From: Oikopleura dioica
Taxonomy: Eukaryota; Animalia; Chordata
DNA: 64,000 bases
Assembly: GCA_907165135.1 (NCBI GenBank)
Contig: OU015569.1
Span: 3,534,001-3,598,000, forward strand
Reading direction: 5' to 3'
Shown here: piece by piece, positions 10,370 to 23,083 of the stretch
Layout of the letters: every line of letters begins with the position of its first letter
How positions within the stretch are numbered: position 1 is the stretch's first letter
Program-made: the position numbers and the translations under genes
Notes under the pieces: model-generated
Database searches by the model: none
Told to the model about the DNA's origin: nothing
The model's input: only the letters and a program-made list of their open reading frames with translations

Positions 10370-13300
10370 TCTCAATGACTGCTGATAAGCAAGATGAAAG
10401 TCAGGCTATAGGCATTCAGACGATGGAACTTGACGTCTCCAACATTGGACAAAGGATTGGTTTACCATCAAAGTTTGACGATCATCTAAGATAATGTGAC
10501 ATTACTAACGTCTTTTAAAATTTAGTAAACCTGAAATAAGAACAGCTGTGTCTCGTTCCGAAAGATCAAAGGATAAAAACGACCACCTTGCCGAGGTGTT
10601 CCCGATCGAACAGACGGCGCCGAAAGAGTATGACTCTCCTGAGTTTACTGTCTTTTTCTAATTCCATTTTTCCAGAAATTAAAAGGTCTACTTGCTGAGG
10701 GTGACGGAAGGAAACGATCACTGGTGGCCGTTGGCAAAAATGTCAAAGCCTTTACTAAAGGAACGCTTTCAAACTCATATCAAATGCTGTATTGAAAAAT
10801 ATCACATTTTAACAGCTAATAAAGATGGAGAATCAACTGAAATTCCCGGATCAGACGACAGTGCTTCTAGGATTCGCCTTGCTGAAGCTTGTGTTCGACA
10901 AACTGCGTCGAGCATTCCTGTTGGTTTTGGTCGTTTTGGCAAAGGAAGGGCTACAACTATTCGTGTTTCCAAAATCTTTCAACAAGAAGATAGATTTTGG
11001 AAAGTATGAACTGCTCTGTAAAATTTTGAGCCACAAAAAAGGTACAAAGAACAGTATTCTCAATGTCAAGCAAAAAACCCAATCTGAAACAGCCCTTGAC
11101 GAAGACGAAAGCATAGGCTCGGATTCACTTTCTGTCGTAATGCGTGTATCGCCAAAACGAAGGTTCAGTATGCATCTTTGAATCCTCTCTAGAATCATCA
11201 ATATCCTCTCTTCTTGATGTGAAAAAAGTCAACAGCGCAGCCTAGAACCAAAGCGATCAGTTTCACCTGTTATAAAATCTTAGTTACTGACTGTTAAAAT
11301 AAAACTGGTGTATGTATGTATCTAAGATTGTAGTCATTATTTCTTGAAAACTGATGGAAGGGATTCTTTGGAGAATTCGAATTAGTCGACTGTTGAGATA
11401 TGAAAGCATTTCTGAAGACATCTTCATAGCCATTAGATAAGAGAACAGGGCATGTTCAACAGACCTTTTATAGAAGGTGCTGCACTGTCTGACAGCCGGA
11501 GTCAAGGTCGCGATATCGAAGTTATGAGTCACCATTTTTCGACAACCAATAATAGGTTACTCTTAATTTTACTGACCTTAGTACCATATTTCTGTAATCA
11601 TTTTTAGTCAAAGACAGGAGAGAAAATTGACGAATGCTGGCGAGTTTGTACAAAGGGAAAGAGTTATTAATGTCTGCAGACTTCTAGATTTAAGAATTTA
11701 GGTTTGACGAGAATAATATATCTCTGAGAAGTCGATAAATTACGCGAAAGAGTCGATGAGACGATCAAGTACTTTTCGCCGATCGGGATGGGCTGGTTTT
11801 ATGAACGAGTCTTTAACTATCCCTTATCGATAGTAATACGTAATTGCCGAGTTGATTCATATAAACATATCTTTTTTATTAATAAATTAAAGACTCAACT
11901 GGAGGCGAAAGTTATCATCATCATTGGGATCAACGTAAATCCAATTTGTTCGATGCTGAGTTTTCACGAGGCCTTCGAATGTGAGGGCTTTGATGACGAC
12001 CAAGGATGCCAGGTTCTCTGTTCGCAACGATACGCGCCAATCTCCAGCAAGGACTTCTGGAACTTGCAAATTTTCGTCACGCTTCTTCCGTTCGTTTTCT
12101 TTCAAAGTTTCACGAGGTCCAGTGTTGTTTCTTGTCGCTTTATGAGAGCTGCTTTTAGAAAACACATCGAGCGCAACTCAGCAGAAATCGATGTTCCTTA
12201 TCCGTCTTTCTCCAAGGTAATATCTTTCTCCTCTAACGACCTAAAAAAAACGATTTACAGTTCAAGCTCAAGCAACGAACAGTGAATTTGAAGATTGAAA
12301 AGTTTGCAGAAGATCGAATGATACGTATAACCAAACTCGTAACGCTTTTTACACAACTTGTACTCGAAGGAATCGGTTTTTGTTTTAGAATTATGAAATC
12401 AAGGAAGAACACTTTCTAAACCGAGTAAGTGGCATCTTTGATTGCAATCGCAGATCTGCAGCGCCGGCGATATAACATGACAAGCGAGGATCTTGGGTAA
12501 GTAGATTTCTTCTCTTTTGGAGCATCATTTTTAGACTTCAACTGATTGGTGACTTCACTAACTTCACACGTACAATTTTCCTGATGCCTGAACACTACCG
12601 CTGTCATATGGCAGAATTCCGACACAAATCATTCTTCAACTTCACTTGGGAAGAAGATGTAACTTTATTAAATCCGCAAAAAAACCTGACTTCATTAAGT
12701 TTAATGGATATCATCCTTGCATCACTGCCGGAGATCTTGGGACATGCTGGACCACTAGAAGCGTTGAGGAAGGTTTTTGAATTGCGATTTTGAGAATAGA
12801 CGTGTATAAGTTGAATCGATGTCAAAAACACCACCTAGTCGAGTATCATTCAAACAATTCTTGTGGGATTGTTGATCCTCGGACTCTTTACAAACATTGG
12901 CGAAATCGTTTACATTTTATGCCGCTCATTCAAACCTGCTTATCGACTTACAAAGAAGCTGTCGAACCAAGTTCAGAACTTGTCGAAAAAGGATGAGCAG
13001 CCGTATACAGAAAGAGCTCAAAATACGGATTTAGCGTTAATTACATCTCAGACACAACAGTCGGTCTTATCATGAGCTCCGTTAATAGAAAGAATTTACA
13101 CGGAACAAATGGTTCAGGTATATGTCCTTTTATGTTGTAAAATTTTTAATTAATATTTGCTAGGACGAAATAAGAGCAAGTAATTTCAACCTTCACCGTC
13201 AGGATCGGGTCTATGAGTCGTTTTATTTCTTTTGAAGTCGTAAATGAATTGAAAATAAGAGCCGTGAAAGACTAGTCCAGAGTTCCAAAAAGGACGATTT

Positions 13301-14860
13301 CAAACTAATCCCGAGAAGGAAGAGAAACAAGTTCTACAGCTCTTCGAATATACAGGATTGAACTTCAGATGCACCCCTTGATTTAGTGAATGGCCAGCTC
13401 CAGTACTTTATAAATCAATTTAACAATATTCTTTCTGAATTTCTGTTTGAGGCAACAAGAAACGAATAGAGTGACGAAGATGAATGTTGGGAGAAGGAAA
13501 TTGATCCGCTACGGTTTCGGTGTCGCCATAAAATTGCACTGCCAAATTTTCTTCACTAAATAAATCCAGCCCGTGCTTAATTTGTGTGTAATTAACCTCA
13601 GCAGGTTAGACAGGCGATCACGAGAGCCAACGCAAGAATCGATTCTGAAATATTCTGAGCTAGCTGAAACGGAAATAGAGCATTTTGAAAAGAAAAATCG
13701 GCGTTTTTTTAAGAGAATGACCGTCGGGGTTCAAATTTCGCAGGCGAACAAAACAAAGACTTCGATTCCTACAGGGCTGGGTCACAGACACATAGAATAC
13801 TTAGGGGGGTTCAAGGATTAATTGAATAACTTTATGGAGGGATACACAAATTAGGCTTCAATCAAAACAGTTTGGTGAGACAAAATTTACTTTCAAAATA
13901 AACGGAAGGTTTTTCCGCTAAATATTTGCCTTCTTGATTTGTTTCAAAGAAATATTATTTTGCCAAAAACTGTAACCCTTCCGTTCGAATTGGACAGTTT
14001 TGGAAAGGACATCGGACGAAGTTTGGCGAGTCTTCTTGCATCTTGGGGAGACGAAGATAGTGCCTCGAAAAGTCTTTTGCGACGTATTTCGACAAAATCG
14101 AGGAAATTTTTGAAAAAGAAAAAACGACACTTTGACGAAGAAGAATTCACCGAAGATGTTTTAGAAAAAGATGGCAAGCGCGTTGAAAGCGTGGGGCCAG
14201 AGGACACCCCAAGTCCTCTTATGAATACTGTTGAGGAGATTCCTCTGAAACCACCAGCCCTGTTTTCCTCCAAGAGTATTAGACAACGTAATTCCCTCGT
14301 ATTTGTATTTGAGTTTATTTTCTGTCTAGCTCCAGATCATTTAAGCCGCACACTGACTTACCGAAGACTACCGCGCTTTCAAGATCCAAATGTAAGACAA
14401 ACAAAGAGTCCCTCTTTTAAAACGCCTCCTAGCCAAAGCAGGAGATTACTTCAGACACTGAGATTCTTTGGCAAAATGCAATTAGCAAAAAGAATGAAGA
14501 TGATACAAGAACCAATCTCACTGATCCAGATTATGCGACGAAGGCGCCCGTGACCTGTGCCTTCAATACTAGGTTAATTGACGCGAAAAAAGAGCAAAGT
14601 TCAATCTGGGCGTAGCGTGTCGGAACTAAGTAAACTGGAAGATCAACACCTATTTAGGGTTCGTTATGTTTCTTATCGCCAGGCAAGGATGCGTTCGAAG
14701 AGCCTGGGTCGAGGTATGGATGCGCCGAGAGCACAGTTTCAGCCCTGCGCAGCTCCAGAAGACATTGGAAAAGGGATCAAAAGACTTATCTTTGGATGAT
14801 GCCCGAATCGACCCTTTTTCATGTTCGCCTAATTATCGCAATAAACCACGTATTTGAGTG
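10370..14860 (+). CDS. Unresolved multi-exon coding region(s), probably one or two fast-evolving genes
   Basis: Chain of exon-sized ORFs (10692-11009, 11788-12285, 12584-12996, 13573-13821, 13939-14553 with a KKKKR NLS-like patch) flanked by splice-like signals. Strand and structure could not be fully resolved; a competing minus ORF lies at 11284-11535. Confidence 0.3.
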
Positions 14861-16701
14861 TTAAAAAGGGGTGGTGTCCGATATAAATAAATAATATCAT
14901 TTCCCTAAAGGCATGGCAGTCGGCGAGAAGAATCGAGTCACGTTATTTCATTTAGTTAAATTATTTTTCCATCACCATCTTTTACTTACGAAGGTAAGTC
15001 TTTACCCCGCGGCGCGCTAGCTCGGTTTTACGAGTGGCAATCCGATTGTACCATTCAATTACAAATACGACATTCATTCACTTGACCGCATGCCAACTTG
15101 TTTTTGATTATTTTAATTACGTTCACAGACTTCTGCTCTGGCTCATTCAGAGAAAAAGTGCAAAGTAGATCTCTGCAAATAGAGAGGAAGTTTCGAAGGC
15201 AAATCGCTATCTGATGGCGATACTATCTTTAGTGTTTGCGCGAAAGATAACTAAAGACGTGCAAGAAGTTCCAAGTGAATTGTTCTTATTCAAAAGAAAA
15301 TTAAAACCTTTAGCGAGCGGAAGTCAAGGAAGTTCTAAGGAGCAAATGTAGAACAAATAAAAAAAACATTATTTATTATTTTATATTTTGAGGATTAGAC
15401 AGTCTACCCTAGACTCACCAAAAAACACGCGAGAAAAGGTCAACTTTCTTGGCGCCCTAAACGTGCGTGACCTACTAATCTATTCTGGCTCTCGAAGTTT
15501 CTAGCTTTTCAACAAATGAGGACGCATGATTGGTATCTAGGCGTGTGAATGAGATGCACTGAACAAGAGTAGTAGAATGGCTTCGGAGCAGCCCGCTGAA
15601 CTGGATGAGTCACTGCGCTTTCTTCTCTGAAGAGGAGATGGGGGTGTAGCCGCGCCACGTAACGCGCCCCAAGTCAGCACTCAACCTTTTCTCAGCCTTT
15701 CTAGAACACTTACTGCTTTCGAACATCCGAACATTAGCAAAGGAAGTTTATTATTTTTTATTCAGAGAAACGCGGCGAATTTATCGTCGAATGCTACAGC
15801 GACTAAGCAAACGAACTTTAGCAAGTGGATACAGGCTTAGCTACGGATTCACAGATTGCACTTGAGTTAATTTCATGTGAAACAAAGAACATGAAAAAAA
15901 GTTTGAAAGATAGAAGTTAATCCATTTGATCAGACAGCAACAACAATATCAACCGAATAATGACGACGTTTCTCCCCAAGGAATAGGTAAAAAGAGGAGA
16001 ATATAGACTCTTGCATATAGTCCATTGACTGCAGTGGTTAAGTTTATCTAAAAATACTGTAATGTTCTTAGGGCTCTTAATTGACTCTAAGATTAATCCT
16101 AGAGACTCTAGTTATTTCGGTACTCGCACTCTGTAAACCGGATCCAGATGACATTAGATGCATATTAGTGCTTGTTTTACACGAGCGAGTGCCGTATTTA
16201 AAGCAGCTCACGTGCGACTAACAGATCGGAGGACGGAACAAGCTTAGTTTGAAATTCAAACTTTGAATTATTGATAAAGAACTTGGGCATACATTTTTGC
16301 GTGTATTCAATAAAGGCGTAAAGAACGAAGATGATAAGTGGTGATTTCAGATAATAAAAATGGTGAGTCAAAGACCAACGAAAATCAAAATCAGTGCATG
16401 CTTTCCAACCGAAATTATCGCCATTTAGCACATTTATCGTTTCATCTTACTGCACCATAAAATTATCTTAAAAATCGTAATTTATTTGTCTTAGGAAAGG
16501 AGACACGATATGTGAAGCAAGGCAATGCGAAGGCCGACTGGTGGCTTCAGGCACGCTCCAGGAACGGTTCCAAAGTTACGTCGGTTTTAGAGAATAATTA
16601 TTTTCATAAAGCTAAATTCGTCGTACCACTATGTTCAGCGGAAAGCGTCATTTCATTTGAACATTGAATTCATGTGTAAGTTTATTCTTGAACCTTGAAA
16701 G

Positions 16702-19700
16702 ACTAAACCGCCAGTTTGATATCGAAACAGATCGAAAATTGACGTTTACGGATCATAAATTCGCATTCCAGTCCAAGACAACTGCGGAACTCTTGCGTGC
16801 ATCGCTATGTTTCAACTTGTTCAGCATCAAATACGTAAGCCAGTGGTTTAGTGAAAACGAAGCTTTTCAAAAAAGTCTCTAGCTTGTGGAGAACAACGAA
16901 AAAATCATGGCCGTGATGTCAAAAGTTCTCGGAGAAAAGGCCTTTCATGCGCTTATGAAGGCGACTGTCTACGGTCAATTTGTCGCTGGCGAGGACAAGG
17001 ACAAAATCAAGGTAGCTATTTCTGACGTTATCTGGACGAGTTCGATTGTATTCCTTTCTTGTCATTAATCGCATAATTCATCGTGGAGCGGTGCCCACTT
17101 GGGAATAACAAAGTGTTTCTAAAAGACTTGGATCTCTTTCTAAAGTGCACTCTTGATATTTTCCGCAATGGAAATTTGTTTTCGCAAATAAAGTTATTGC
17201 AAGTTGCACAATTAGATGCATTTTTGCTCAGAAGAATTCTGAACTTGTTGAATTCAAATCGTAATCCTTCGAACGAACACGAAGAGTTTTGCACAAAACA
17301 ATTCACATTGAGTAAATCCAGTGGTCACAACGTAACGTGTGCCCGGGCGTGTTCTTTTCAAAACATGCTGGCCATAAGAATGATCGAGTGTTTTTAGGGC
17401 TGCGTTGAGCGGCTTACTGGTGCCGGCGTCGGAAGCATTCTGGATTACGCAGTCGAGGAAGATATAGATGAGGACGAAGCTGTCGAACTCGAAATGGACT
17501 CTTGTTTGTCAACGGAAGAACACTTGGCGGAGATTGGTGATCTTCCCAGCCAGAGTTTTGACAAAAATCAAGATGACAAGCTAAAGGTGAGTAGCTGCTA
17601 GCTGGGATCGCCACATGCTGTAGGGTTCCCGGAGTTGTAGTGAGGGATTGGTGGCCTGTGATAAGCTAAGAAAAAGAACACTGTTCGATGATAAGCTTAA
17701 GCACTCCAATACTCCTACATACTTCGTGGAATCTTTCGCTTTGCTTAGCCCGGAAGTTGTGAGATTTCTCTTGCAAACCTCTCGAGGTGGGCTGGCTGAA
17801 ATCTTTAAAGCTTTTCGGTTTGCGCTTATTATTTACAAGGAGGCGATTCGAGAAGCTCTCATTTCTCTATTCAGTTTAGAACCCCGAGCCAGTATAATGA
17901 CTATGAAATGGTATGAACAAACACCTTAAATGGAACCTTTAGCAGACGCCATTTATCACTCTGCACGCTTATCTTTGCTTCTTTCACATTAACCTCACGG
18001 TCTTCACTTAAATTCACAATTAAATTTAACAAATGCATCCAGACTGAATGATCTAGTAACATCTTTTTAGCATAAAGAGGCACGTTCTGAGGTGATGGAA
18101 AATTTAGTAAAATTCACGGATCATTTACCATCTTCCTGTAGAGCTTTTCTCTACAGTTTTTACCAAAATAATAATAATGAATAGGAACTCAATTTTGCTT
18201 CAGTATCGAGCTCATAAAGAATTCGCAGATCGTCGAATGGGAGTAACATCTGCCCGAACTTACTTTTACAAAGACGAGGAAAAGTGTGACAAGTACATGG
18301 AGCATTTTCTATACTGCATCAATGGTAAGTAGAATACAAGCAAGAGTAAGCTTATGGCACCCCTCTGACCCCCTGGCGTATTTAATCCTCAGTTCTAATG
18401 GAACCCGAGGATACACGTGAGTAATGGATAAGAGCGAGCTAGAATCTTTCGTTGTGCATTAAACTTCACGCAAGAATGCCCAAAATTGAAACGCTAATTT
18501 CGCTGCCATGGCTATAACCTTCGTTCGAGCTAATTCCGTAAACCTAATCCAGTTCTAATCGAGCTCAAGAATGGAGGAATTAAGACGCTTGCCGTATTTG
18601 CGGCTACTTGAACTCGAGGCCAACCTCAATCTCCCTGTCAAACCTACTAATGAACGCGTTCAGCTGCTGGTGGTGCTTCCGACCACGGCTTTGCCGCGAT
18701 CAAGCTCACTGCCCTTGGACGACCGCAGTTTCTTTTACAGTTTTCTGACGCCCTCGTCTCCTCCCGGCAACTGTTTGAAGAGCTAGCGGGAGCAACAAAG
18801 GCAACAGGCTTCTACCTTTTTAGTCTTGCAAAAGATGGCACACGTAATTTAGTCAGGGCACATATATTTTGAAAGGCGATTTGAAAGTTAAAATCTTCGT
18901 TAATTTTTCTTCAGATTTTTACTCGTCGACAGCAAGAGAGATTCTCCAAAATTTGATGATAAAATTAACTGCCGTCCTCGCGACTTTAGTTTTCTTAAAA
19001 TTTAACCAAATTAAAGAAACATAAAAATATTAAATTTACCATTTCTTCGAGCACTTTGGGTTGCGCGCCAGCGGAAGGAGTAGGCACAGTGTACTTTTTC
19101 TCACTGTTACGCTTGAAAAATCCCATTTTTTGAGCTCAGACGTTGAAACTGATGCTTTGAAGAAAAATCTAAAAAAATCAACAAGAGTTCTAGAGATTCT
19201 CCGAATTTTGCTGTAGAAGCCTCTTTTGAGGATATAAACGCGCAGAAATCAGTTCTTGAGCTTGGATTCGACGAGTCTCGATTCATTGACAAAGCAGGAC
19301 GAATGGGACTGGCACGTTCTAGAGGCGACTTGCTGGAAACGTTCACTTTCATGCGGGAGGAAGCCGATTCTGAATGGATCGACTTGCTCGACTGGAATAA
19401 TCTCATGGACAGAAACAAGTCCTTCGGCGATATTTTTGTAATTGACAACAACGGCGAAACCGTGAGACTGATGAAAGGAACAGTTACTGACGGCTTCGTA
19501 GTACTGTCATCGTAAACGCGAGACTACGACAGTTTGACGTGCTCACGCAACAAGAACTTTGCCGGCTTCTCACGATAAGGATTAGGATTAAGGCATTTCG
19601 TAACTTTGAACAGATCTGACTACGGATGAAGAGGACCAAATGAAGAGAATGTTGGAGAGAATCAACACTCTTGCTTCAGAAGCCAAGCGCCAGGGTGTTC

Positions 19701-21600
19701 GCCTGATGATCGATGCCGAACAGACCTACTTTCAACCTGCGATCTCAAGGTTACTTTTGAACATTCTCGGGATTTCTTTTCCAAATACGACGTTCAGAAT
19801 TGCCGTTGAATGTATGCGAGAGTTCAACAACGACAACCCGGTTATTTTTAATACCTATCAGTGCTACCTGAAACAGGCCTTCAAAAACTTCGTCATTGAT
19901 TTGGAACAGGTACGTTTCGCTTTTATTTTTATTTTCAGTAGTTAGAATTTTTTCAATGTTTTTTCAGTGTAGAATAATATTTAATTTCCTATAATATGTA
20001 TCAGCGAAACACTAAGTTAACAATTTGTCCGGTCTGATTTTTTTCTTAGCCTACCATATTCGTGGTAGTCTCTCATCTAATGCGTCGATCTTTATCTGCT
20101 GTTTCTAAATGAATTTTCGCTAGATGCGTATTATAGAAAAATACTTGCCTTGAGATATTCTTTTGCCTTTTCAACATCTTTTCGAATCGATCTAACACAA
20201 CCATGCCCCTCGCAAATTTGATACTCGGCCGCGCAGCAATCGCACCTTAAATTTTTATCATAAAGTTTGAAATTAAGCGATAATTTTGTAAGGCGAATGT
20301 TAATTACCTCGCCCATCCAAGGCAGTTCTTTTTCAAGTGTTCTTTTATGTCGGAGTAGGAGACTGTTTGCTGACAAGCTTTATCCCGACATTTTACCTTG
20401 AGTGATTTCAGAGTTTTTAAATAAAACTTTGAGGGCTCATGGTACGGTGTTGGCTTCGATGGCTGACAAACAGGACACCTGAATTTTGTAATTGATCTAT
20501 ATAAGTAATGAACTTACTTCTCAGTCAAATGTAAATTGTACGTGTCATGATGGTATCGATTCTCTGGTGTCAAGCACTCCTGACAGAAAGCTCTGTTACA
20601 GCAAGCCATGATTTTCGGCTCTTGAATAACGTCATCGCACTTTCTGCATAGGAAATCTTTCAATCCGAGCGTTTTAGGCCCACTGTACTGCCAGGATTGA
20701 TGCTTTTGGACAACGACGCCGTCGAAAGTCTTAACAAGTTTTTCGATTTGTTCGTCCTCGTCGGAATCCGAAAATCTTATCATTTTTCCTGAAAGGTTTT
20801 CTGTTTGCGACAAATAGCCTGCGCGGCCATTTATATAGTGACATAGACCTTTCGCGACGTTTCAGTAACAACCAAGATTGCAGATTTCTTTTCATGACAA
20901 ATAATATTGCCAAAATCAGTATGACCATTTAGGCTCGTCGAGAAGGTTTCCACTTTGGTGCAAAGATCGTCCGTGGTGCTTACATGGAGCAAGAACGAAT
21001 TCGTGCTGACAAACTCGGCTACGAGGATCCCATTCACGTGAGTCCATAATTTCTTCGCAAAAATTTAAATAAAGGCAAGGTTGATTACGAAGCGACGTCT
21101 CGCTGCTACCACAGGACGATGGATGTAGGGCTCGAATACATCCACAGTCACGGAGACGCAAACATCATGATCGCTTCTCACAATATTGACAGTATCAAGG
21201 TAACGTTTGTGGTTGCTCCTTTTCCTTATTGGTTTAGTATGCCATTTCCCGAATGGAATCGCTCGACATTTCCCGCTCAGAGGGAAAAGTATTTTCGGAC
21301 AACTTCTGGGCATGTGCGATCAGCTTACTTTCCCACTCGGCCAAGCTGGCTATCCTGCTTACAAGGTTACAACCAGCGCTTGCGTATTATTTGACAGTTA
21401 CTTTCAGTATGTCCCGTTCGGCCCTGTCGCTGACGTACTGCCCTATTTATCCAGAAGAGCGAAAGAAAACTCCGCGATTATGGAAGGAGCAAAGGTGACT
21501 TTGACTCAAATTCGAATCGAGAATTACAAAATTATTTTAGGCGGAAAAGCAAATCATCCATCGCGAACTCTTCCGACGATTGCGCACATTTCAATTATAA
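16702..21600 (+). CDS. PRODH: Proline dehydrogenase, mitochondrial (5' start approximate; apparent 1-nt frameshift at 21292-21295)
   Basis: [122 protein letters not shown]; stop TAA at 21598-21600. Confidence 0.95.
20051..20783 (-). CDS. RING + TRAF/SIAH-like zinc-finger protein nested antisense in a PRODH intron
   Basis: Four exons: [10 protein letters not shown]...CRKC-x11[10 protein letters not shown]...K | CPVC...KVKCRDKAC...EHLKKNC | CDCC...HGC...EYLK | [17 protein letters not shown]; lies wholly within PRODH intron 19910-20932. Confidence 0.8.
20830..20837 (-). promoter_or_regulatory. TATA box of the nested RING gene
   Basis: TATATAAA on the minus strand 47 nt upstream of ATG 20783. 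Confidence 0.5.
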
Positions 21601-22237
21601 ATTCCACGTTTATAGAAGGTGTTCGTAATTCTCAAAGTCTCCATGTGCTAAGCTCGCCAAACTAATGAATGCTACTTTATTGACATTGAATTACTGTTTC
21701 TCTAGCTTCAATTTTTATCATCATCTGTCAAACGGCTAACTAAAACTCAATCTTAAAAGAAAATATGTTCTGAATAATATAAACGCTGTACTTGCTGCCC
21801 AGCTTGCATGCGACCTCCACAGTTGCGTTGAACGTGCCAGCATAAACACATCTTTACTGAGTCAATTTATATCCTTATCTCTCTCTCTGGTGTTCTTGTA
21901 AAAATAAATAAAATAATTCAATCAAAATTCGTTTTTTTTTCTACTGAGTCCTTCAAAAATTGGACTCCTGACATTTAGGTACTTTAAAAAAATCTTCAAA
22001 ATTTGAAACTTTTTAATAACAACCCGAAAAACAAAATGAACTTTTTCGTACGAAAATAACTAGCACGTGAGACATCCACAGAAATACGCAAGAACTTTCG
22101 AATGAATTGCATGTGACAGTCTTACTCTAGCGCCCTCGGAGTTCGTACGATCGTAATCCTAGAGCGCTTCTCAAAAGTTGTACAAAACCCAGAATCACAT
22201 CGATAAAATAATTCAGTTCTCTTTTTAAATAACGAAG

Positions 22238-22878
22238 ATGATATTATCTGTTATTTTTTGCTTGTTTAATTTGTCTGCCGCTGATCGTTTTCCAACGATA
22301 CAGTGCTTTACCTGCGTTGGATATTCTCTCGAAGATTGTCAGAGAAATGGAAAGGTGATGGAATGCAGGGGAAATGAAGAAGTTTGCCAATTAGAGGCGC
22401 GAAAGCGAAACGGAAAGACGGAAATGGTAGGTTTTCTCGATATTTGCATAGAATTAAAAAGAAGCGATCATTTGTATTTTTTTAATAAAATCTTCATCAG
22501 ATTTCTATGGGCTGCAAAAGCCTTGACGCCTGCAAAAATAACCGTCTCCAAAATTTCTCCAACCGCTGGCATCCTCAATGCCGTCCCGACAAAACGCGCG
22601 GACCTTCAGTCTGTCGCCAATGCTGCGATAAATCGCCAGACTGCGGACAGAAGATTATGAGCTGGAGTCTCAACAAAGTTTGGGGCTGGAAGAATCCAAA
22701 CTTTGTCACTTACAAACCTGGAAAGCTCTCGAGCTCAGAAGCTAAGTCAGCTACTACACATTGGGAAGATAGGCCATCCAAATCTGACACTGGTTTTCAA
22801 GTGAGTCGGGAGAAAGAAATTGAAACCGAAGAACGAATAGAAGGTTCCCGTGCGTTTCAAAGAGCGTACTCGTCTTAA
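22238..22878 (+). CDS. Secreted Cys-rich protein with a Ly6/uPAR (three-finger)-like domain
   Basis: Signal peptide MILSVIFCLFNLSAA, then CFTC...C...C...VCQLE | MGCK...AC...QC...VCRQCC...C across one GT-AG intron. 3' end approximate. Confidence 0.7.
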
Positions 22879-23083
22879 AACGATGATTCATCGTCGATGA
22901 ATCGCTGAAATGTCCAATTAACTTCAACCCTCCTCCTCTTTGCACATAATCTGCCGACTAACATTTTTCGATTAAAATGCGATCATCACAAAATATTTCA
23001 CATAGTTTCGAATGTGTAAATTGGAGAAAATCAAACAGAATCGCAGGAGAAAGAGAGGCAGATAATCAAAATCGAGAACATCG

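Noticed and set aside
17011-18210. ORFs 17028-17306, 17083-17397, 17648-17929 and 17901-18083 as a second nested gene in PRODH introns
   Set aside because: No coherent exon chain or motif; the only supported exon here is PRODH 17399-17587.
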